DNA of 64,000 nucleotides from Candidatus Omnitrophota bacterium (GTDB lineage Bacteria; Omnitrophota; Gorgyraeia; Zapsychrales; JANLHA01): contig JAKQKX010000016.1 of assembly GCA_029560465.1 (NCBI GenBank), positions 206,221-270,220 of the forward strand, in the 5' to 3' direction. The notes under the pieces are model-generated. The model made no database searches. It was not told where the DNA came from and worked only from the letters and a program-made list of their open reading frames with translations. The position numbers and the translations under genes are program-made. Shown one piece after another: positions 46,334 through 56,026 of this stretch. Each line of letters starts with the position of its first letter. Positions within the stretch are counted from its first letter, which is position 1.

Positions 46334-47827
46334 TTGAGCCCTATGTTGCGAGGTCAATTTATACAATCCGCCTTTAACGGCGGAAAAGCTGTTGTGCCGT
46401 TGTTTTTCTGTTGCTTCCTCTTCGGAGGGGGCTGGGCGCAGCCGCTTTCCTGGGCCCAGGATGTTTTGGACCCTCCCTCCGGGCAGAACGCTGCCCGGGG
46501 CGGGGCCCAACAGTTTTTTACTTACGGCCCTCAGGGAAAGGAAGGCTCCGCCGCGTTGGTCCCCAACGAGGCGCTCCGGGAAGGGATATTCTTAAAGCGC
46601 AGCCAGCATTCCGGCCAGTTAACTAAAAAGGCGATCCAACTCATGCAACAGGGCGACCTTGAAGCCGGCCGGCAGGTCCTTTGGGATGCGCTTGCATACG
46701 CGCCCAATAATTCCATGGCGCACTCTTTGCTAGCCCAGATTTATTTTTGGCGGGGGCAGGACAATGAGGCCCTTGCCATCCTGGAACAGGCCGGGCGGTA
46801 TCAGGTCAAGGGAGACCTTATATACGGATTTTTAGACCGGGCCTTGTCTTTCTTTCGGCAAAAGAACCGGAACACGCCGGAGCTTCCGCTCGTGTCCGTC
46901 GCGCGCTATAAAGGGAACAAACAATGCGCGATTTCCTTTAATTTTGACGACGGATCCAAGACCGTCTACACCAAGGTGTTGCCGGTTTTTGACAGGTACG
47001 GCTATAAAGCGACGGTGCTGATTAACCCGGGATGGACCGCGGACCAGCCGGGCAACCCCTATTACGGCAGTTGGGAGGAATGGAAAGATGCTTCGGAGCG
47101 CGGGCATGAGATCGGGAACCACTCCATGAATCATCGTTATTTGATGCAGGTGCCGGATGATGTTTTTGACAGCGAGATTCATGAAAGCTATTATTTGATT
47201 TCGGAAAAGATCGGAACGCCTCCACGGTCTTTCGCGTTCCCGTTTGACCAGTCAACTCCAGAGATGATCAGCAAAGTCAGCGAGTTTCACCCCGCTATCC
47301 GTGACCGGGAGTACTTGTCGCGGCTTTCTGATAATCTTTTCTTGCCGGTTTACGGGGGCGATAAATTTTCCGCTGCCGTCGGCCGGAAACTTATTGATTT
47401 GGTGTTGGTCAAGCGCCTCTGGGTGGTGGCTGAATGCCACGCCATGCAGACTGAAGAGGTCATGACATTCAAGCCGATCACCGAGGAATTCCTGGAAGAC
47501 CATTTGGCGTATATTAAAGAGAATGAAGAACAGATATGGGTGGACACGTTCGCCAACACCTATAGTTATATAGCGGAACGCCAGGCCAGCCGTTTCAATA
47601 TCCTGGAGTCCGGAGACGGGCGCCTTGTTTTTGTCCTGGATCACGATTTGGACAAGTCATTTTATCAGGTGCCGCTGACCGTTGTCGTGAATGTTTCTCC
47701 CCAAGCGCCGTCCTCGGCCGGGGCTCAGAGGGAGGATGGACGGGCTTTATCCGTCGCTATCCGTGGGGCATGTCTCATCCTCGATGTTCTCCCGGGGCCT
47801 GAACCGGTCACGGTTTTCTGGGATTAG
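46334..47827 (+). CDS. Polysaccharide deacetylase (NodB homology) with N-terminal TPR region
   Basis: Signal peptide and TPR-like helices. NodB motifs FNFDDGSKT, HEIGNHSMNH. Confidence 0.65.
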   Translation: MSPMLRGQFIQSAFNGGKAVVPLFFCCFLFGGGWAQPLSWAQDVLDPPSGQNAARGGAQQFFTYGPQGKEGSAALVPNEALREGIFLKRSQHSGQLTKKAIQLMQQGDLEAGRQVLWDALAYAPNNSMAHSLLAQIYFWRGQDNEALAILEQAGRYQVKGDLIYGFLDRALSFFRQKNRNTPELPLVSVARYKGNKQCAISFNFDDGSKTVYTKVLPVFDRYGYKATVLINPGWTADQPGNPYYGSWEEWKDASERGHEIGNHSMNHRYLMQVPDDVFDSEIHESYYLISEKIGTPPRSFAFPFDQSTPEMISKVSEFHPAIRDREYLSRLSDNLFLPVYGGDKFSAAVGRKLIDLVLVKRLWVVAECHAMQTEEVMTFKPITEEFLEDHLAYIKENEEQIWVDTFANTYSYIAERQASRFNILESGDGRLVFVLDHDLDKSFYQVPLTVVVNVSPQAPSSAGAQREDGRALSVAIRGACLILDVLPGPEPVTVFWD

Positions 47828-47953
47828 GCGGGGCGTGCGGTGAAGGTTTTAAGGACGCCTTTCCCTGGAAATTGTGAAATGGGTTGAAAAGTCCGGGGCA
47901 TTTCAGTAGTCTATGTAAGAGGCATCTGTGAGATAAGGTTAAGGAGGTCTTCC

Positions 47954-48277
47954 ATGTTTATGAGTGAGGATAAAGTTAAAGCGTTGCTCCAGGACATTAT
48001 CAAGGAGGCGAACCTTAAACGCACGCTGACCGAAGTGATGTTCCGGGAGGATTACCAGGATTACCGAGTTATTCTGGATGATGTGTGCCGGTGTGAAATC
48101 AGAGAAAAACTTGTGCAGGATTATATTGAATTTCATCATAAGGACACTTTTAATGAAATGTGCTATCTGATGGAACACGCAATCGTTGATGAGGAATTGC
48201 AGTATGAAAAGGACCTTTCCAGCGGGGGAGGCCCGGATGGAGTTGTGACGGACGATAATAAATATGATTTTTTATAA
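47954..48277 (+). CDS. Hypothetical small acidic protein
   Basis: 107-aa ORF with AAGGAGG RBS and no recognisable domain. Confidence 0.3.
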   Translation: MFMSEDKVKALLQDIIKEANLKRTLTEVMFREDYQDYRVILDDVCRCEIREKLVQDYIEFHHKDTFNEMCYLMEHAIVDEELQYEKDLSSGGGPDGVVTDDNKYDFL

Positions 48278-48505
48278 ACCGCTGTTTTCCGCCCGGCGAA
48301 AGGGCCATGATTGCGCTTATGCCTAAGAAGAAAAAAAAGGTCATCTGGCACAAGAAACAATCCCGGTTTATCCCCTCCGCCTCCCTGAAAGGGCAGCATC
48401 CCGCTCCCGGAGGTGGGGGGCCAGCGTTACCGGCGGGGTCCTCCGCGCGCGGGAAGGGAGATTTTAAACAGAGCCTTGTTGAAAAGATCAGGCGGGCCGC
48501 GCAGA

Positions 48506-50014
48506 ATGGCTGAGCCCAGCGCCCGACGTGCGTTCCTTCGGGGTGTGTTAATAATAGCCGGCGCGGCCACGTTCTTCTGGCATAGTGTTACTCTTCATCC
48601 CGGGCATAACTGGGGCGGAGACTTCGCGCAATACATTTTGCACTCGCGCAACATCCTCACCGGAGAAGAATATTCTGCAGGCATCATGATGGATAACCCG
48701 GTTTTGTTCCCTCCCGGATTTCCCCTTTTGTTGGCCCCTCTTTTACGTTTTTTCGGGATGAATTTTAAAATATTGAAAATATGGAATATCGTATTTTGGT
48801 ACGGGACGTTAGTTTTTCTTTACACGCAGTTCCGCAGGAGTTTCGGCGAAGTCCTCGCGGGGTTAAGCGTATTGTTTTTTTCGGTTAACGCGTATTTTTT
48901 TTCTTTCAAACAGAATGTCTTGTCTGATATCCCCTTCGTCTTTTTTGTGTGGGCGTCGCTGGCCGCTGTTGCTTCTTATGAAAGGCATCGGGTGGCGGGG
49001 CGTAAATGGAAAGCCATGCTTACGTTCACGCTGGCGGTGAGCCTGACGCTTGTCGCGTTTTGCGTCCGGGCCGCCGGGGCCGCGTTGGTCGTCGCGGTTA
49101 TTTATTACCTCGCGGTGATCCGTAAGGAGTTTCTTAGGGCCGGGATCCTTGGGGCCGCTTTTCTGCTCTGTATTTTTGTTTTGGCCGGCACAATCGGTTC
49201 TCTCCCGGGGGATATCCGGCTTCTCGGGGAGCAACCGGCGGCTGCGGTTCGGGCGGTGATGGCTAATTTTTCTTTAATAACCAGAAGCCTGTGGATAGCC
49301 TGCTTTCCCATTGAGACCAGATTCATGCGGGCTCTTTATCAAGGGATGGCCCCTTTGTTAGACGCCGCGGCCGGGGTGTTTTATGCCGGCCTTTGTGTTT
49401 TTTTCGTCAGGAAATCTTTTGCAAAAACCCTGACGCTCCCGGAAACGTTTTTTGTTTTCTACTGTGGGATACTTTTTGTTTTGTCGGCGTTCGATAACAC
49501 GCCGTGGGAATTTATACGCTTCCTTTTGCCTGTTTGGGGATTTATGATTTATTTTATGATCCAAGGGGCGGTCAGGGTTGGCGCGGGGGGAAGCCCCGGA
49601 AAGGCCCTCCGGGGAGCTCCTGTGCGGGTTGTGAAAGCCGGGCTTGTTGTGATGATTTTGGTCAATATCGGAACGCTCGCGGTGGCACCCCCGCCTCAAG
49701 AGGATGTCCTTTTCAGACAAGAGAACAAGGAATTATTTTCCTGGGTCCGGGAGAACCTCACTCCGGAAGAGCATTATATTTTTTGGCATCCGCGGACCCT
49801 GGCCCTGATGACAGGACGCGTCGGGACTGACCGCTGGAACCATCCGTCCCAGCAGGGGCAGCTGGTTCAGCGTATCGTACGGATGGATATCCGGTTCCTG
49901 TTTTTGGACAGGATGGTAGACGCGGATTTGCTGGCCGCCGTGGATGCCGGATGCCTTCCCGCCGATGAAATATGGCAAAACAACCAGTACCGCGTTTTCC
50001 GAATGAAGAGGTGA
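48506..50014 (+). CDS. GT-C-fold membrane glycosyltransferase (ArnT/PMT-like)
   Basis: About 11 TM helices followed by a ~130-aa soluble C-terminal domain. The start is taken at MAEPSARR, because the tracked 48413 start adds a non-hydrophobic Arg-rich extension. Confidence 0.4.
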   Translation: MAEPSARRAFLRGVLIIAGAATFFWHSVTLHPGHNWGGDFAQYILHSRNILTGEEYSAGIMMDNPVLFPPGFPLLLAPLLRFFGMNFKILKIWNIVFWYGTLVFLYTQFRRSFGEVLAGLSVLFFSVNAYFFSFKQNVLSDIPFVFFVWASLAAVASYERHRVAGRKWKAMLTFTLAVSLTLVAFCVRAAGAALVVAVIYYLAVIRKEFLRAGILGAAFLLCIFVLAGTIGSLPGDIRLLGEQPAAAVRAVMANFSLITRSLWIACFPIETRFMRALYQGMAPLLDAAAGVFYAGLCVFFVRKSFAKTLTLPETFFVFYCGILFVLSAFDNTPWEFIRFLLPVWGFMIYFMIQGAVRVGAGGSPGKALRGAPVRVVKAGLVVMILVNIGTLAVAPPPQEDVLFRQENKELFSWVRENLTPEEHYIFWHPRTLALMTGRVGTDRWNHPSQQGQLVQRIVRMDIRFLFLDRMVDADLLAAVDAGCLPADEIWQNNQYRVFRMKR

Positions 50015-50104
50015 TTTTCGGGTATATCTTGGCTATGCTACAATAAAATAAGAGGGGAAGAAGGATGTTGGCTCTCTTTGGAATTATTTTAAGGGGAGGC
50101 TGGG

Positions 50105-50749
50105 ATGCGGGTTATTAAACAATCCGGCCGGGTTCCGAACCGGGCTGGGCAGTTGAGTGTTGAGAAAGTGGCGGTGTTGGTTTTGGCTCTGCTTCTCTTG
50201 GCGGTGGCTTGGTATCGGTTTCAACCGGTTAAGTTTAAAGACGGGCCTGTGGCGCCGGATTTCCCGCGGCAGCGGATGTTTGAGTCACCCTCGTTTGAAC
50301 ACATGGGGTATACGGTGACCCCGGTGGCGTCCTTTGAATTGGAAGCGCTGGTTTTGGGGGCTAAACATTATAACTGGGGCCGGACCGGCCGTTTGGTTCC
50401 CGTTGACCTCGCTTTGGGGTGGGGGCCGATGTCTGACGGCAAGGTTGTTCGTAAAATCGGGATTCATCAATATAACCGTTTTTATCATTGGTGGACGCGG
50501 GACTCGATTATTCAACGCCGGGAGATTGAAATCAACAGCGCGAACATGCATCTTATCCCGGCCCGGGAAGACGTGGCCAGGGAAATGAAGAAGGCCAAGC
50601 GGGGCCAGGTGGTTTCCATCGAAGGGCTTCTCGTTAACGTGTCGGGTGCTGATGGGTGGCGCTGGAATACGTCCCAGACAAGGGAAGATATTGGGTGGGG
50701 GGCGTGTGAGTTGATATGGGTGGAAAATTTTTCCGCGCGCACTCCGTAA
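50105..50749 (+). CDS. Hypothetical protein with N-terminal TM anchor
   Basis: VAVLVLALLLLAVAW TM segment, remainder without a recognisable domain. Confidence 0.3.
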   Translation: MRVIKQSGRVPNRAGQLSVEKVAVLVLALLLLAVAWYRFQPVKFKDGPVAPDFPRQRMFESPSFEHMGYTVTPVASFELEALVLGAKHYNWGRTGRLVPVDLALGWGPMSDGKVVRKIGIHQYNRFYHWWTRDSIIQRREIEINSANMHLIPAREDVAREMKKAKRGQVVSIEGLLVNVSGADGWRWNTSQTREDIGWGACELIWVENFSARTP

Positions 50750-50797
50750 TCAAGGATGGGGGCTGCGGGTTGGGGATCAAGCCAGGCAAGGAACTGG

Positions 50798-52234
50798 TTA
50801 CTGTTTGGGCAGGAAGGGGAGGGTGGATAACGTCGCGCTGTTTTCCTTCCACCAGGATTGGAGGCCGTTGACAAGTTGTTCCCAGAGGTAAGACTGCCAG
50901 CGTTCTTTGAACGCCAGTTTTTGCACCAAGGTGTCTTGGTTATAAATTTCTTCTGTTTTGATGAACCCGTTTTTATAATACGTCCGCACAAGGCCATGCA
51001 GTTTCCCTCCCAGGAAAGCGCCTTCCTGCAGAAGAGAGCCTTCTTCGTAATACATCTTAAACAGGCCGTCCAGTTGTCCGTCTTGAAACGTGAACTGCAC
51101 CTTGGGGGAGCCTTGGGGATAGTACTCCCACACAACGCCCTCGATTTTATCCTGTTCGTAGACTTTGACGTAATGAGTATAACCATCGGTGTAATATTCT
51201 TTTACAACACCCTGTAGCAGATCGGTTTTGTATGTGCCCTCCCGTTTTATCACGCCCGATCCGAAATATTCTTTAAAGGGGCCTTCTAGGTGGCCGTTTG
51301 TGTAATTCGCTTCTCTGAGCAGTTGCCCTTTCTCATCATATTCCAGCATCACTCCGTTTAAGACTCCTTCGGCGTAGTTGAGGTAGAGCTTGAGCTTGCC
51401 GTTGGGGTAATAAAACTTTCTCTCTCCATGAATTTGGTTGTCTTTCACAAGGGTTTCTTCTTTGGCCGTGAAATTTTTATGGTAGATCCTGTACCCCATC
51501 AAATTCCCTTCCGAGTAGTGCATCTGCATGTAGATTTGCCCGGAATCGTCAACGACCTTGGCCGCCCCTTCCAGGACGTTTTGGTTGTAATTATAAAAAT
51601 CAATGTCCCCGCTGTGATAATAACGGTTTTCGGAACCGCTTTTTTGCCCGTTTTTATAGCGGACTTTGAGCTTGGGGGATCCGTCCCGGAAATATTCCAT
51701 GTAGACGCCATTCAGTTTTCCAAGGTTGTAAAACCCTTCGGTCTTCAGGTTGCCGTTATCATAATATTCTTTGTAACTGCCGAAGATTTGCCCGTTTTTA
51801 TAATCATTTTCAATTTTTTTGGAGCCGTTTTCATAAAATTCTTTATAAGGCCCGTCGAGAGTCCCGTTCTTATATTCCGCCAGCAACGTGATCTGACCGT
51901 CGGGCAGCGCTTTTTTAATGACGCCGTGCAGAATGTCGTTTTGATATTCCACCGACTCTTTGATTTGCCCGTTTTCGTAATATTCGTTAAAACGGCCATT
52001 TTTCTTCCCTAGCGTGTAATGGGCGACGGTTTTCTGATTGCCATTTTCGTAGAATTCGACGAATTGCCCGTCTGGTTTTCCGTCCGTGTATTTTCCTCTT
52101 TTCCGGACCTCTCCGTTATTGAAGTACAGCGTGAACCACCCATCGGAAGGAGGCGGATCCTGTCCCGGCGAGGGACAGGGGAAGGAAACGAGAAGGCAGG
52201 CCGTGAAGAATATGATTTTAGCTGTGTGTTTCAT
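50798..52234 (-). CDS. MORN-variant (YwqK-type) repeat lipoprotein
   Basis: Signal peptide with lipobox-like FPCPSP. About 17 tandem ~23-aa repeats G-x-x-x-G-x-x-x-EYY-x-NG-x-x-K. Confidence 0.7.
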   Translation of the reverse strand: MKHTAKIIFFTACLLVSFPCPSPGQDPPPSDGWFTLYFNNGEVRKRGKYTDGKPDGQFVEFYENGNQKTVAHYTLGKKNGRFNEYYENGQIKESVEYQNDILHGVIKKALPDGQITLLAEYKNGTLDGPYKEFYENGSKKIENDYKNGQIFGSYKEYYDNGNLKTEGFYNLGKLNGVYMEYFRDGSPKLKVRYKNGQKSGSENRYYHSGDIDFYNYNQNVLEGAAKVVDDSGQIYMQMHYSEGNLMGYRIYHKNFTAKEETLVKDNQIHGERKFYYPNGKLKLYLNYAEGVLNGVMLEYDEKGQLLREANYTNGHLEGPFKEYFGSGVIKREGTYKTDLLQGVVKEYYTDGYTHYVKVYEQDKIEGVVWEYYPQGSPKVQFTFQDGQLDGLFKMYYEEGSLLQEGAFLGGKLHGLVRTYYKNGFIKTEEIYNQDTLVQKLAFKERWQSYLWEQLVNGLQSWWKENSATLSTLPFLPKQ

Positions 52235-53790
52235 GATTTTTTATTTTTCCGGCCGGGCAAAAATTCGTTCGCGGTTTCATTCCCAAGGATATTCATGCCC
52301 TGGAATTCTTTGAGCAGATGGTAAAATTCTTTATAATAACGGTTGATATGGCGGAAGTATTGATAAATAAGAGATATTTTAAGCTCGAGGGGTTCAATTT
52401 CGGTTAAAATTTCTTTTATAAGAGTGTCCTGCTCGGCCTGGTCGGGCGTGTCTTGGAAAGATTCCCGTAGCATGGCGTGGAATTGCCGGAAAATATTTGC
52501 TTCACTGAAAGGCATGTGGCTGAAGGTTTCCCTGAAATATTGTTCAACTTTTTCTTTTTTAATCAGGGCGCACTTAAGGTCTTCGGGGTTGTAATGCTTT
52601 TGCGTGATGACAGAGGCGCGCCGTATGCGGGCCGGTGTCAGGAAGTTGTCCAACTGAGCGAATTGACCCGAGATGATCTGGAGAAAGAATTTGTGGGGGA
52701 ACTGAAGGAAGTTCAGGATCCCCTGCTGCGCTTTGCCCCGTTGCAGCCTTAAAAGGGCGTTGTCCATCTGGGCAAAGGAGTCGGAAAAAATTTGGTAGCT
52801 GGGCTGGATGAATTCGCTGTAAAGTTTGTCCTGACCGGAGAACGGGGCCAGTTCAAACGCAATTAAAGACTTGAGTTCTTTGAGGTTCAGTATGTAAAGC
52901 AAGGGGAGCCCGATGCACAGGGAGCGCTGTTTGAGCAGGCCGTTAAATGTGTTGAGGTTGCTTTTTCGAACGATAATCTTGGGTTCGGCGTGCAGCACAA
53001 GAACCTCCGGCTCGGGAACCCGCAGCGCCACGCAGATTTCCTTGACAATTGCTTTGAGCGAGGAGTTCATCTCCGGGTCAATGAGGAGCCCGGGCTGAAT
53101 AGGGGGCTCCAGAATAAATGTCGTGTGTATGGCCTGAAATGTGATGAGGACACATACGGTCTGGATTGCGATCAGGAGGATCCAGATAATTTGGGGCATA
53201 GAGGTGGCGTTCAGCCCCAGGAACAGCAGCCAGAAGGCCAGGCACAGGGGGGAAAGGATGAATATGATAAAACTTAAATAGATCATGGGGAAAGAGAGGA
53301 TTGAAAACACAAAAAGGAATATCGAAATTTTTTGCGGTTGTGCGGTCATGTTTATCTTCAGGGATGACTCCGGGAGGTCCTCTTCCTGTTCGGATCGGGA
53401 AGACATGGACACATAAAGGCCGAGGAACGCCCCGATGGCGGTCATGCAGAGGCGCATCGTGCTTTCGGTGAGTTCAAGCAGCTCCTGGGTATTGCGGAAG
53501 ATGTCGAAATAAAGAATGGCCAGGAACAATAAACTGATAAAGGATGTCCCGGCTAAGACTTTCATCTTTTTCCTGACAAACAAAAGGCTCAGCCAGATTG
53601 CGGCACAAACAGAAACCGTGTCGACTAAAATAAATTCGAGCCCGGAGATGTCTTCCATCCCCATCCAGCTAACGAAATTATCCAGCGTGTTCACGAAAAA
53701 AAGATACGTGATGGCAAAAAAACTGGCGGAGAAAGCCAGGGAAAGGAAATCCCCAAAAGTAAGTTGTACGTCTTCCCGAGGTTTTGTCAT
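52231..53790 (-). CDS. Hypothetical polytopic membrane protein with large cytoplasmic/periplasmic C-terminal domain
   Basis: ATGA-coupled to the MORN gene. It has an ~8-TM N-terminal half, a soluble ~280-aa C-terminal half, and no confident family assignment. Confidence 0.35.
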   Translation of the reverse strand: MTKPREDVQLTFGDFLSLAFSASFFAITYLFFVNTLDNFVSWMGMEDISGLEFILVDTVSVCAAIWLSLLFVRKKMKVLAGTSFISLLFLAILYFDIFRNTQELLELTESTMRLCMTAIGAFLGLYVSMSSRSEQEEDLPESSLKINMTAQPQKISIFLFVFSILSFPMIYLSFIIFILSPLCLAFWLLFLGLNATSMPQIIWILLIAIQTVCVLITFQAIHTTFILEPPIQPGLLIDPEMNSSLKAIVKEICVALRVPEPEVLVLHAEPKIIVRKSNLNTFNGLLKQRSLCIGLPLLYILNLKELKSLIAFELAPFSGQDKLYSEFIQPSYQIFSDSFAQMDNALLRLQRGKAQQGILNFLQFPHKFFLQIISGQFAQLDNFLTPARIRRASVITQKHYNPEDLKCALIKKEKVEQYFRETFSHMPFSEANIFRQFHAMLRESFQDTPDQAEQDTLIKEILTEIEPLELKISLIYQYFRHINRYYKEFYHLLKEFQGMNILGNETANEFLPGRKNKKS

Positions 53791-54041
53791 ATGCGAGGAC
53801 TGTTTGGGAACTATTTATATCCTAAATTCTAAAAGCTTGTTATAATATAACCTCTTGTTTTTTATGGAACACGCGCAAGAGGCCCGCGCCTGAAAGCGTT
53901 AATGCGTATATTATACAATAAGAATGAGATTTTTGTACCAGGTTTATTGGAGTGTTTTTCCTTGACCTTGCCTCGGAGGGAGGGCTTCTTGCGGCTCACT
54001 GGCAGAGGAGACCCCGGCCCGGTTAATTCTAAATTAATATT

Positions 54042-54800
54042 ATGAAACGATCCCGGTCCCATATGTCTCGCACAGGGCAGGTTATCTCTTCGAAAATCGG
54101 GCAGGCGATCGGGGATTACAACCTTGTTGAAGAAGGGGATAAGATCCTGGTCGCAGTTTCTGGAGGGAAAGACAGCCTGACGCTTCTTCACCTCCTGGAA
54201 GCCCGGAGAGGATGGTCTCCGGTTTATTTTGAGATCAAGGCCGCGCATATAGAAACGGATATGGCCTGCAGCACGGCGGTGCCGAAATCTCCGCTGGAGG
54301 AGATGTTCCGGGCCCTGGGTGTCCCGTATTATTTCCGTGCCATGAAGGTTTTGGACGATCAGGCGCGGACAACCTGTTTCTGGTGTTCCTGGAACCGGCG
54401 TAAAATGCTTTTTAACCTCGCCGCTGAAACGGGGTGCAACAAGGTGGCTCTGGGGCATCATAAGGATGACATTATTGAAACGATTTTGTTAAACCTTTTT
54501 TATAAAGGAGAAGTTTCCACGATGCAGCCACGGCAAGAGATGTTTAAGGGGCAGTGCGTGATCATCCGCCCTTTATGCTATGTCGAAGAACGGATGACCC
54601 ACCGGTTCGCGCAGGAAAGCGGATTTCCTATGCAGACCCAACACTGTCCTTTTGGCGAAGACACGCAAAGGCGGCGGATGAAGGAGATGATTTGTCAACT
54701 TCAGAAAGAAACGCCGGGCACGAATATTAAAACCAATATTTTTAACAGCGTGGCCAGGGTCAACACGGAATACATCGGTCTTAAGGAAGAGGCCCGTTGA
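54042..54800 (+). CDS. ttcA: tRNA 2-thiocytidine(32) synthetase TtcA-like PP-loop ATPase
   Basis: PP-loop VAVSGGKDS, CxxC pairs (CFWC, CPFG). Confidence 0.7.
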   Translation: MKRSRSHMSRTGQVISSKIGQAIGDYNLVEEGDKILVAVSGGKDSLTLLHLLEARRGWSPVYFEIKAAHIETDMACSTAVPKSPLEEMFRALGVPYYFRAMKVLDDQARTTCFWCSWNRRKMLFNLAAETGCNKVALGHHKDDIIETILLNLFYKGEVSTMQPRQEMFKGQCVIIRPLCYVEERMTHRFAQESGFPMQTQHCPFGEDTQRRRMKEMICQLQKETPGTNIKTNIFNSVARVNTEYIGLKEEAR

Positions 54801-54894
54801 ACGCAGCCGCCCTTTTGTGCCTCTAGGGTGTTGGCCAGGAATAAAGGATGGGGAGGCGTGGGGCTGTTTAATATTAAACCATTGATTAAAGGGG

Positions 54895-55962
54895 TTGAGC
54901 ATGTCATCAAACCGGAATGCCTATGCGGTTATTTTAGCCGGCGGGTCGGGAACGCGTTTCTGGCCGCTGAGCCGTCCGCAAAAACCAAAACAGTTTTTGA
55001 ATATTTTGACCGCGAAGACACTGTTCCAAAAGACGGTGGAAAGGGTCCTTCCCCTTATCCCGGCGGAACGTATTTATATCGTGACCGGGGCGTCGTATAA
55101 AGAAACAGTGCGTCAGCAGATCCTGCCTTATAAGATCCCATCCCGGAATGTTTTCCTGGAGCCGGAGGGGAAAAATACCGCTCCGGCGATTTGCTGGGCG
55201 GCGGCGACGCTTTTTAGAAAGAACCCCATGGCGGTTTTGGCGGTTTTTCCTGCGGACCATTTGATCCTCAAGCCACGGGCTTTTTGCCGGCACCTGAAGG
55301 AGGCGTTCGCGCTGGCTGAACAGCAATATCTGGTGACCATGGGCATCGTTCCTCATCGCCCGGAAACCGGATATGGATATATGAAATGCAGGAAACAGCG
55401 TTTGGGGAAAACGACGGTTTGGGCCGTCGAGAAATTCGTGGAAAAACCGGACCTTAAGAAAGCGCGGCAATACCTTAAAGAGAAAACCTATTTGTGGAAT
55501 AGCGGGATTTTTATCTGGCGGGCGGATAATATATTGACAGAGTTTGCGGTCCATTTGCCGGAAGTTTATAACAGCCTGTTTGATCAGCCGTGTTCATCTG
55601 TGCGCGCGAACTGGTCGCGGCTGCCCAGCATTTCCGTGGATTATGCCATCCTGGAGAAGGCGGAGAACGTCATTTCTGTTCCGGCGGCTGATATGGGATG
55701 GTCTGATCTTGGGAGCTGGGAAGCCTTGTATGATGTCCTGCCTAAAGATAAAAATGGAAACCATTTGTCCGGGGATGTCATCGAACAGGAATGCCGGAAC
55801 GTTTTTATCCGCGCCGAAGGCCGCCCGGTGGCGGCGATTGGGTTGGAGGATATCGTGATTGTTTCGACGGGTGACGCTGTCCTGGTCTGCCGGAGGGACG
55901 ATTCGCAGAAGGTGCGCGTGGTCGCGGAGGCGTTTAAACAGCGCGGGAGGGGTGGTCGTTAG
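54895..55962 (+). CDS. manC: Mannose-1-phosphate guanylyltransferase
   Basis: AVILAGGSGTRFWPLSR, IVTGASYKE, short ManC lacking a PMI domain. Confidence 0.75.
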   Translation: MSMSSNRNAYAVILAGGSGTRFWPLSRPQKPKQFLNILTAKTLFQKTVERVLPLIPAERIYIVTGASYKETVRQQILPYKIPSRNVFLEPEGKNTAPAICWAAATLFRKNPMAVLAVFPADHLILKPRAFCRHLKEAFALAEQQYLVTMGIVPHRPETGYGYMKCRKQRLGKTTVWAVEKFVEKPDLKKARQYLKEKTYLWNSGIFIWRADNILTEFAVHLPEVYNSLFDQPCSSVRANWSRLPSISVDYAILEKAENVISVPAADMGWSDLGSWEALYDVLPKDKNGNHLSGDVIEQECRNVFIRAEGRPVAAIGLEDIVIVSTGDAVLVCRRDDSQKVRVVAEAFKQRGRGGR

Positions 55963-56026
55963 CCGGCTTTGCAAAGGGGCCTCCTGGAGCCTCGGGGTTT
56001 TGACCTGATCGGGGAAACATTTTTTC

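Noticed and set aside
52231-53790. Possible degenerate M48/HtpX-like protease (AFELAP in place of HExxH) in the minus-strand membrane protein
   Set aside because: A single loosely similar pentapeptide with no supporting second motif is not enough to call a protease fold.
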